NCBI GenBank assembly: GCA_035653955.1
Contig: DASRYD010000193.1
Coordinates: 1 to 33,019, forward strand
Length of the DNA: 33,019 nt
Origin: Pseudoxanthomonas sp.
GTDB lineage: Bacteria; Pseudomonadota; Gammaproteobacteria; Xanthomonadales; Xanthomonadaceae
Reading direction: 5' to 3'
Shown here: piece by piece, positions 15,891 through 22,788 of the stretch
Numbering within the stretch: position 1 is the first letter of the stretch
How the letters are laid out: the number at the start of each line of letters is the position of its first letter
Translations under genes and position numbers: made by a program
The notes under the pieces: model-generated
Database searches by the model: none
Seen by the model: only the letters and a program-made list of their open reading frames with translations
What the model was told of the DNA's origin: nothing

Positions 15891-18779
15891 ATGCGAACCC
15901 ACCCGAATTTCCGACTGAACCTCCTCTGCGCGGCAGTGCTGGCCGCGATGGCCGTGCCTGCCCTGGCGCAGGACGCCGGCCAGTCCTCCCAGCCGTCTTC
16001 GGCGACGAACCTCGACAAGATCACTGTCACCGGTTCGCGCATCAAGCGTACCGACATCGAAGCGGCGCTGCCGGTGACCATCATCCAGAAGGCCGAAATC
16101 GAGGCGCAAGGCATCACCTCGGCCGAGCAATTGCTGCAGCAGTTGAACGTCGCCAGCAATGGCCCGGATAGCTTGGCCGCGAATAGCGGCATCGCGCCTC
16201 CGGGCACCCGCGGCAACAACGGCGTATCCGGCGCCAACCTGCGCGGGCAGGGCGCCGACGCGACTCTGGTCCTGCTCAACGGCCGCCGCGTCGCCACGCA
16301 CGGCCTGGCCGGTCAGGTGGTGGATCTGAACTCCATACCGTTCCAGGCGGTCGAGCGCGTCGAGGTATTGCGCGACGGTGCTTCCGCGGTCTACGGCACC
16401 GACGCCATTGGTGGCGTGATCAATTTCATCACCAAGACCGACTACCAGGGCCTGTCGCTCACTGCAGGCGCGGACGTGACCCAGGAAGGCGGCGGCAATA
16501 TCTACAACGCCAGCATGCTGGGCGGCTTCGGCGACCTGGACACCGATCGCTGGAACGTATGGATCGCGGCGACCGCGAAGAAGAACGATATCCTGCGCGG
16601 CAACCAGCGCGACTTCGCCAACAGCTTCCAGGCAGACCGCGGCCTGGCGCCGGATACGCGCGGCACCCCGTTTGCCACCCTGGTCACCGGTACCGGCTCG
16701 CTGATTGGCAGCGGCTTGAGGGATCCGGCCACCAACCTCACCAAGACTTCGATCAACACTCTCGACTTGCCTGCGGGCGCCGGCTGCGAAAACGGCGGCG
16801 ACATGATGGGCCCCTACGGCGACCAGATCTGGGCCAGCCCCGGCGCGAGTTTCGCGTGCGCCTGGGACTACGGCCGCGCCCGCACCATCCAGCAGCCGGT
16901 GCAGACCCTGCAGGCCATCGGTCGCGCCACCTTCAAGATCGGCGACAACCACGAATTCTTCGCTGAGATAATGGGCTCCAAAGTCACCTCGAAGCGACAG
17001 TTCGAAGCTCAGCAACTCACCACTTCGATCGCTTCGTTGGCCAGCAACCCCGCGATTGCGCTGGACGCTTACGAGTTGAACGCGAACACCAAGGCAACCT
17101 ACGACTCGGTATACAACGCGCTTCATGATTATTTCGGCGATCAAGCTAATCTCGTCTACGGCAATCCGATCAACTATCGGTGGCGTTGCGAAATTTGTGG
17201 CCCGCGCCAACTGGAAACTACCACCAGTTCCTATCGCGTCCTGTTCGGCTTGAACGGCACCATCGGCACCTGGGACTACAGCACCGGCTTGTCGCGTGCG
17301 GAGAGCCGCGCGCAATCGGTGTTGGCCGGCGGTTACTACTACACGCCGCAGTTGAAGGCGCTGCTGAAGAACGGCGTGCTCAATCCGTTCCTGATGCCAG
17401 GCCAGAGCCAATCGCAGGCGGCCTACGACGGCATGGCCGCGGCCGACGCCAGCGGTCTGGAGCTGTACCACGGCGTGTCCGCCATGACCACGCTGGACGC
17501 GAGCTTCAGCGGCAGTCTCGGCTTCAAGCTGTGGGGCGAGGACGATGTGCAGGCCGCGGTCGGCATGGATCTGCGCCGCGAAGAGTACGAATTCGGCGGT
17601 CCGGCCGAATGGTCGCAGGGCAACGCCTACATATTCGGGGCGCCGGGCGATGCGGCCAATTACATGCCGAAAAAAGAGCGCGACGTGAAGGCCGTGTTCG
17701 TCGAGTTCAACGTGCCGGTCTTCAAGGGCTTCGACCTGAACCTGGCCGGGCGTCGCGACGAATACGACGGCTTCGGCAGCAGCACCAATCCGAAGTATTC
17801 GTTCAAGTACCGTCCGGCCGACTGGCTGGCCTTCCGCGGTTCGTACAGCACCGGCTTCAAGGTGCCCGATTTCGCCAAGCTGTTCCGCGGCGTCACCGCA
17901 ACCCTGTACACCGGCCTGGACCTGGCCGATCCGGCGATCTGCCCGAATGGCAGGTACAACCCGGATGTCGCCAACTGCAATGTGCAGATCCGTCCGGACA
18001 TCATCACCGGCGGGAACCCGAACCTGGACCCGGAAGAGGCCAAGCAGAAGAGCATCGGTTTCGTGCTGGCTCCGACCAGCAATTTCAACATCAGCGTCGA
18101 CTGGTGGGAAATCGAGCGCATCAACACGATCCGCGGCGGCTTCAGCCTGGAGACGATGCGAACGAACTACGCCAAGTACGCGGAAAACTTCCTCCGCGAC
18201 GGCAGCGGCGAGATCGTGGGCATCGACCAGCGCTACATCAACACCGGCGGCACCCTGACCCGTGGCATCGAGGTGGACTCCAACCTGAGCGGCGAACTTG
18301 CCGGTGGCGACTGGAACATCCACCTCAACGGCAACTATCTGGACACCTTCAAGACCAAGAGCTTCACCATCGACCCCTACAGCGACAACCTGGTAGGCAT
18401 GTACGAGCGTTACTTCAACCTGCCGATCAAGTGGAAGCACACCCTGAGCTTCGGCTGGCACAAGGGCGACTGGGCCCACACGCTGACCCAGATCTACCGC
18501 GGCGGGTACAAGGATTACCAGCCCGGCGGCATCGTCAACGGCTACCGTCCACCGAACTGGAATCCCGACGTGGACGAGTACATCACCTACAACTACAGCG
18601 TCAGCTGGACGGGCATCAAGAACCTGAAGGCGACCTTCGGCGTGCGCAACCTGCTGAACACCGACCCGCCGTTCACCCTGCGCTACCTGGACGACGGCGA
18701 TGGCGCCGGCTGGGAAGCGCGCGTCGCCGATCCGCGCGGCCGTTCGTTCAACATGCTGCTCGAATACAGTTTCGAATGA
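15891..18779 (+). CDS. TonB-dependent receptor, 962 aa
   Basis: GGAG RBS before ATG 15891; signal peptide; TonB-box-like LDKITVTGSRI; plug motifs NLRG...TLVLLNGRR and VERVEVLRDGASAVYGTDAIGGVINFIT; GGNPNLDPEE; GVRNLLN. Confidence 0.95.
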   Translation: MRTHPNFRLNLLCAAVLAAMAVPALAQDAGQSSQPSSATNLDKITVTGSRIKRTDIEAALPVTIIQKAEIEAQGITSAEQLLQQLNVASNGPDSLAANSGIAPPGTRGNNGVSGANLRGQGADATLVLLNGRRVATHGLAGQVVDLNSIPFQAVERVEVLRDGASAVYGTDAIGGVINFITKTDYQGLSLTAGADVTQEGGGNIYNASMLGGFGDLDTDRWNVWIAATAKKNDILRGNQRDFANSFQADRGLAPDTRGTPFATLVTGTGSLIGSGLRDPATNLTKTSINTLDLPAGAGCENGGDMMGPYGDQIWASPGASFACAWDYGRARTIQQPVQTLQAIGRATFKIGDNHEFFAEIMGSKVTSKRQFEAQQLTTSIASLASNPAIALDAYELNANTKATYDSVYNALHDYFGDQANLVYGNPINYRWRCEICGPRQLETTTSSYRVLFGLNGTIGTWDYSTGLSRAESRAQSVLAGGYYYTPQLKALLKNGVLNPFLMPGQSQSQAAYDGMAAADASGLELYHGVSAMTTLDASFSGSLGFKLWGEDDVQAAVGMDLRREEYEFGGPAEWSQGNAYIFGAPGDAANYMPKKERDVKAVFVEFNVPVFKGFDLNLAGRRDEYDGFGSSTNPKYSFKYRPADWLAFRGSYSTGFKVPDFAKLFRGVTATLYTGLDLADPAICPNGRYNPDVANCNVQIRPDIITGGNPNLDPEEAKQKSIGFVLAPTSNFNISVDWWEIERINTIRGGFSLETMRTNYAKYAENFLRDGSGEIVGIDQRYINTGGTLTRGIEVDSNLSGELAGGDWNIHLNGNYLDTFKTKSFTIDPYSDNLVGMYERYFNLPIKWKHTLSFGWHKGDWAHTLTQIYRGGYKDYQPGGIVNGYRPPNWNPDVDEYITYNYSVSWTGIKNLKATFGVRNLLNTDPPFTLRYLDDGDGAGWEARVADPRGRSFNMLLEYSFE

Positions 18780-18813
18780 CGCGGCCATAGGCCCGATCGG
18801 GCTTTTGGCCTTG

Positions 18814-18839
18814 CGCCGCCGGGCAACCGGCGGCGTTTT
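18814..18839 (+). terminator. Intrinsic terminator after TBDR2
   Basis: CGCCGCCGG-GCAA-CCGGCGGCG-TTTT, preceded by a second small hairpin (about 18783-18810). Confidence 0.75.
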
Positions 18840-18879
18840 CATTTACGCTCCCGGCAGTGCTCCCCGTTGCGGAATATCC

Positions 18880-19623
18880 ATGATGAAGATGCCTTCGAGA
18901 CTTCTGATCCTGGCGGCGCTCTCCTGCCTTCTCGCCGCTTGCGCGCATGCGCCGCGCAATCCGCTGGCGACCTGGGTGCCCTCGAAGAACTACGACGAGC
19001 GCCGCGCCAACCTGATCGTGCTGCACTTCACCGAAGAGGATTCGGTCGAGCAGAGCCTGCATACCCTGCGCACGCGCAACAGCAAGGGACCGGTCAGCGC
19101 GCATTACCTGCTCGGTCGCGACGGCCATATCTACCAATTGGTCAGCGACCGGGACCGCGCCTGGCAGGCAGGGGCGGGAAGCTGGGGCACGATCACCGAA
19201 CTCAATTCGGCCTCGATCGGCATCGAGATCGACAACGACGGCCACAGCCCGTTCCCTCCGCAGCAGATTGACAGCCTGCTGGTGCTGCTCGACGATCTGT
19301 GCAAGCGCCTGCGGATCCCGCGCCAGTCGATCATCGGCCACCAGGATCTGGCGCCGACGCGCAAGCCCGATCCGGGTCCGCTGTTCCCGTGGAAGCGACT
19401 GGCCGAAGCCGGCTTCGGCCGCTGGCCGGACAACACCGACCAGATGCCCCCGCCGAACTTCGATCCATGGTTGGCGCTGCGCCTGGTCGGCTATTCGCTC
19501 GACGACCGCGCCGCCACCGTACGCGCCTACCGCAACCACTTCCGCGGCGACAGCGCCACCGATCTCGATGAGCAGGACAGCCGCATTCTGTATGCGCTGA
19601 CCCGTGCCGACTGGGCGCGATAG
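18880..19623 (+). CDS. N-acetylmuramoyl-L-alanine amidase (Amidase_2 lipoprotein), copy 2, about 247 aa
   Basis: Lipobox LAAC; LHFT, VSAHY, NSASIGIEIDN and IGHQDLAPTRKPDPG. The start could be 18880, 18883 or 18889. Confidence 0.92.
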   Translation: MMKMPSRLLILAALSCLLAACAHAPRNPLATWVPSKNYDERRANLIVLHFTEEDSVEQSLHTLRTRNSKGPVSAHYLLGRDGHIYQLVSDRDRAWQAGAGSWGTITELNSASIGIEIDNDGHSPFPPQQIDSLLVLLDDLCKRLRIPRQSIIGHQDLAPTRKPDPGPLFPWKRLAEAGFGRWPDNTDQMPPPNFDPWLALRLVGYSLDDRAATVRAYRNHFRGDSATDLDEQDSRILYALTRADWAR

Positions 19624-19667
19624 CGCCGGGTTCGTCGCCGTCTGGCTTATCATGCAACCGCTGTCCC

Positions 19668-19754
19668 GCCCGGGTGGCGAAACTGGTAGACGCAAGGGAC
19701 TTAAAATCCCTCGCCCGAAAGGGAGTGTGGGTTCGATTCCCACCCCGGGCACCA
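19668..19754 (+). tRNA. tRNA-Leu (anticodon TAA)
   Basis: Acceptor stem GCCCGGG/CCCGGGC-ACCA; D-loop AACTGGTAGA; anticodon arm AGGGA-CTTAAAA-TCCCT; long variable arm; GTTCGATTC T-loop; encoded CCA. Confidence 0.97.
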
Positions 19755-19773
19755 ATCGATCAAAGGGAGTGCG

Positions 19774-21396
19774 ATGCACCGCTACCTGGCCTACGCGGCA
19801 AGCCTGCTGTTGACCCTGGCCTGCATCGCGCTGGCGCTGCGCTGGCCGGCGGCGGGGTGGGGCATCGCAATGTTCGGCTCGCTGGCGCTGCTCGGCACCT
19901 GGGACCTGCTGCAGAAACGCAGCACGCTGCGCCGCAACTATCCGATCCTGGCGCATTTCCGCTACGGGCTGGAAGCGGTCGGCCCGGAGATGCGCCAGTA
20001 CTTCATCGAGGGCGACACCGCCGAGGTGCCGTTTTCGCGCCAGCAGCGCGCGCTGGTGTACCAGCGCTCCAAGAACGTGATGGACGTGGTGCCGTTCGGC
20101 AGCCAGCAGGGCATGTACGCGGTCGATTACGAATGGTTGAACCATTCGCTGGCGCCGCTGCACGTCGCCTCGCACGATTTCCGCGTCGAGATCGGTAGCG
20201 GCACCGCGCATCCGTATTCGGCCAGCGTGTTCAACATCTCGGCGATGAGCTTCGGCGCACTGTCGGCCAATGCGATCCGCGCGTTGAACCAGGGCGCGCG
20301 CCTCGGCGGCTTCTACCACGACACCGGCGAGGGCTCGATTTCGCCGTACCACCGCGAGAACGGCGGCGACCTGGTCTGGGAGATCGGCTCGGGCTATTTC
20401 GGCTGCCGCAACGACGACGGCAGTTTCAGCGAAGCGCGCTTCGCCGAGAACGCGCGCTCCCCGCAGGTGAAGATGGTCGAGGTCAAACTGTCGCAGGGCG
20501 CCAAGCCAGGCCACGGCGGCGTGCTGCCGGCGGCCAAGGTCAGCGCCGAAATCTCCGCCACGCGCGGCGTGCCGATGGGGCAGGATTGCGTTTCCCCGGC
20601 GAAGCATTCGGCGTTCTCCACGCCGCGCGGACTGCTCGAATTCGTGGCCAGGCTGCGCGAGTTGTCCGGCGGCAAGCCGGCCGGGTTCAAGCTGGCCATC
20701 GGCCATCCGTGGGAATGGTTCGGCATCGCCAAGGCGATGCACGAGACGGGGATCCTGCCGGACTTCATCGTCGTCGACGGTGCCGAAGGCGGCACCGGCG
20801 CGGCGCCGGCCGAGTTCATCGACCACGTCGGCGTGCCGATGCACGAGGCGTTGCTGCTGGTCCACAACACCCTGGTCGGCCTGGACCTGCGCGACCGCAT
20901 CCGCATCGGTGCGGCGGGCCGCATCACCAGCGCGTTCGATATCGCCCGGACCATGGCGCTGGGCGCGGACTGGTGCAACGCGGCGCGCGGTTTCATGTTC
21001 GCGTTGGGCTGCATCCAGTCGCAGAGCTGCCACAACGACAAGTGCCCGACCGGCGTGGCCACGCAGGACCCGAGCCGCTGGAAGCACCTCGACGTGCCGG
21101 ACAAGGCGACGCGGGTGCTCCATTTCCAGCAGAACACGCTGAAGGCGCTGCGCGACCTGCTCGGTGCGGCCGGGCTGGCGCATCCGGCGGAACTCGGCCC
21201 CGAGCACATCCTGCGCCGGGTATCGCCGGTGGAGGTACGTTCGCTGGCGGCGCTGTACCGTTTCCTGGAGCCGGGCGAGTTGCTGGCCGGCACGCCGGAA
21301 CATGCGGTTTTCCGCCAGTTCTGGGCGGATGCGCGCAGCGACAGTTTCGCCCCGCCGGACCGGCTGCTGGCGCTGCGGGCCAGCAAGTCGCGCTGA
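19774..21396 (+). CDS. FMN-binding glutamate synthase family protein (stand-alone FMN/Fe-S domain with N-terminal TM segments)
   Basis: SAMSFGALS, DTGEG, EVKLSQGAKPGHGG, VDGAEGGTGAAP and the Fe-S motif CIQSQSCHNDKCPTG. GGGAG RBS. Confidence 0.93.
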   Translation: MHRYLAYAASLLLTLACIALALRWPAAGWGIAMFGSLALLGTWDLLQKRSTLRRNYPILAHFRYGLEAVGPEMRQYFIEGDTAEVPFSRQQRALVYQRSKNVMDVVPFGSQQGMYAVDYEWLNHSLAPLHVASHDFRVEIGSGTAHPYSASVFNISAMSFGALSANAIRALNQGARLGGFYHDTGEGSISPYHRENGGDLVWEIGSGYFGCRNDDGSFSEARFAENARSPQVKMVEVKLSQGAKPGHGGVLPAAKVSAEISATRGVPMGQDCVSPAKHSAFSTPRGLLEFVARLRELSGGKPAGFKLAIGHPWEWFGIAKAMHETGILPDFIVVDGAEGGTGAAPAEFIDHVGVPMHEALLLVHNTLVGLDLRDRIRIGAAGRITSAFDIARTMALGADWCNAARGFMFALGCIQSQSCHNDKCPTGVATQDPSRWKHLDVPDKATRVLHFQQNTLKALRDLLGAAGLAHPAELGPEHILRRVSPVEVRSLAALYRFLEPGELLAGTPEHAVFRQFWADARSDSFAPPDRLLALRASKSR

Positions 21397-21401
21397 CCGC
21401 G

Positions 21402-21431
21402 TTGACCGGACCGGCGGCCGCCCAGTACCAT
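21402..21431 (+). promoter_or_regulatory. sigma70 promoter for tRNA-Val
   Basis: TTGACC-N18-TACCAT followed by a GC-rich discriminator, about 40 nt upstream of the tRNA. Confidence 0.65.
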
Positions 21432-21470
21432 ACGCGCCCCGAATCGGCCCACCGGCCATTCCACGGTTCC

Positions 21471-21545
21471 GGGCGGTTAGCTCAGCGGTAGAGCACTGCT
21501 TTCACACGGCAGGGGTCACAAGTTCGAAACTTGTACCGCCCACCA
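21471..21545 (+). tRNA. tRNA-Val (anticodon CAC)
   Basis: GGGCGGT/ACCGCCC-ACCA acceptor; TAGCTCAGCGGTAGAGC D-arm; CTGCT-TTCACAC-GGCAG anticodon arm; GTTCGAAAC T-loop. Confidence 0.97.
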
Positions 21546-21574
21546 AATAAGCCCTTGATGCCCAGGGATTTTTG

Positions 21575-21613
21575 ACACAAAGGCCACCCTTGAACGGGTG
21601 GCCTTTGTGTTTT
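21575..21613 (+). terminator. Intrinsic terminator after tRNA-Val
   Basis: Perfect 15-bp stem ACACAAAGGCCACCC-ttgaac-GGGTGGCCTTTGTGT followed by TTT. Confidence 0.85.
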
Positions 21614-21789
21614 GGTCCTGCATACGCCCTGCAGACCAAGACGCCGACGAAAGGCGCCCAGCCCGTGTCGCATGAGACACGCAATTGGCTATACCGACTT
21701 GGAAGAGGGCGGAGGCGCGGTTCGGTTCGCCATTTAATTGCCTCCGTTCCCTTTCAGTCCCACCACTCTTAAGTCCAAATCCGCGCTTG

Positions 21790-22596
21790 TCATTGCAGTT
21801 GCAGAACCAGCGGGCAATGATCGGAAACTTCAGGCTGCATCACCACATCGAAGGCGGCCACGTTCACCACATCATTGACCAGCAGATAGTCGGCGTAGCG
21901 GCCAGGCTTGGCGTAGTGCGCCGTGCGGGTGCCGCTGAAGCCGCGGCTCACGACCAGATCGACGAGTCCCAGTTCCGCCAGGACGTCGAAGGTCGCGCTG
22001 TCGGGCTCCACGTTGAAATCCCCGCACGCGACCAACCGATCCCCCGGCTCCATCACGCTGCGGCACAGCGCGGCGAAGCGCTGCGCCTGCACCAGGCGTT
22101 CGGGCGTGTCCCGCTTGCCCGCCGCCGGATCCCGCAACCCGTGCATGTGCGCGACGCAGACCGCGTGCCCGCGTTCGAAATCGTACACGCGCAGCGCATG
22201 CGCGCTGCGCGAACGCGGATGCTCGCCATAGCCGTCGGCTGAAAAGGACTTGTGCACGAAACCCTGCGCCTGGGCCACGATGGCCAACGACCGGCGCACG
22301 AACGTGGCCAGCCCCCATTGCGAGGGAACGGCCCGGTCGCCATCCCACAGGATGCCCTGCGCCGCAGGGCAGAACGTGGCCACGTGCCCGGGCAATGCCG
22401 CGGCGACATCGCGGAAGAGGTTAGCGCGTTGCGAGAGCACGTGGTCTCCATCGCGATACGTCAGCGTGTCCTTGTCCGAAGCGGGCGTATGCACCACTTC
22501 CTGAAGGCACAGCACATCCGGCGACTCGGCGGCGAGATACGCGATGAGCGGATCGTGCAGCTTGCCGCCCCAGGCGTTGAGGCACATCAGGCGCAT
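21790..22596 (-). CDS. Endonuclease/exonuclease/phosphatase (EEP) family protein
   Basis: MCLNAW, DVLCLQEV, AHMH, CGDFN, DYLLV and SDHCP. Confidence 0.9.
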   Translation of the reverse strand: MRLMCLNAWGGKLHDPLIAYLAAESPDVLCLQEVVHTPASDKDTLTYRDGDHVLSQRANLFRDVAAALPGHVATFCPAAQGILWDGDRAVPSQWGLATFVRRSLAIVAQAQGFVHKSFSADGYGEHPRSRSAHALRVYDFERGHAVCVAHMHGLRDPAAGKRDTPERLVQAQRFAALCRSVMEPGDRLVACGDFNVEPDSATFDVLAELGLVDLVVSRGFSGTRTAHYAKPGRYADYLLVNDVVNVAAFDVVMQPEVSDHCPLVLQLQ

Positions 22597-22713
22597 GCGT
22601 TCAATCCATCCCGTGCGTTGGCGGCCATTGCGAGCGCGCCATGTCTATTCCCAGTCAATTTACAACGAGACGCTGAAAGCAGCATTCGTAAAGTGTCTTC
22701 GGTGGCAGGGGCC

Positions 22714-22736
22714 CAATTGTGGCGTCAATTGTGGCG
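22714..22736. repeat. Tandem 11-bp direct repeat CAATTGTGGCG (12-bp period)
   Basis: Exact copies at 22714-22724 and 22726-22736. Confidence 0.8.
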
Positions 22737-22788
22737 ACAGCCTAGTCTCGCAGGACCCGCAAGGGACGGGGGCGATTAAGTCGTCCCG

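Noticed and set aside
18759-18779. Non-Phe C-termini of TBDR2 (YSFE) and TBDR3 (RYKL) as signs of pseudogenes
   Set aside because: The ORFs are full length with an amphipathic last strand and aromatic residues nearby. Such variants are tolerated.
15603-18842. Long antisense ORFs (also 1117-3162, 5587-7419, 13886-16297, 18748-21459, 22792-24390, 27367-29013 and 29927-31483)
   Set aside because: They mirror well-supported genes, have no motifs, and are expected from GC-biased codon usage.
19668-19754. bldA-like translational control by tRNA-Leu(TAA)
   Set aside because: I noticed only one in-frame TTA (25884) and did not count systematically. Nothing supports a regulatory role.
19774-21396. 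gltB large subunit or a gltB pseudogene
   Set aside because: It is an intact 540-aa ORF with its own N-terminal membrane segments. There is no amidotransferase remnant and no gltD.
22714-22736. CRISPR array or iteron set
   Set aside because: Only two 11-bp units with a 1-bp spacer, and no cas or rep genes.
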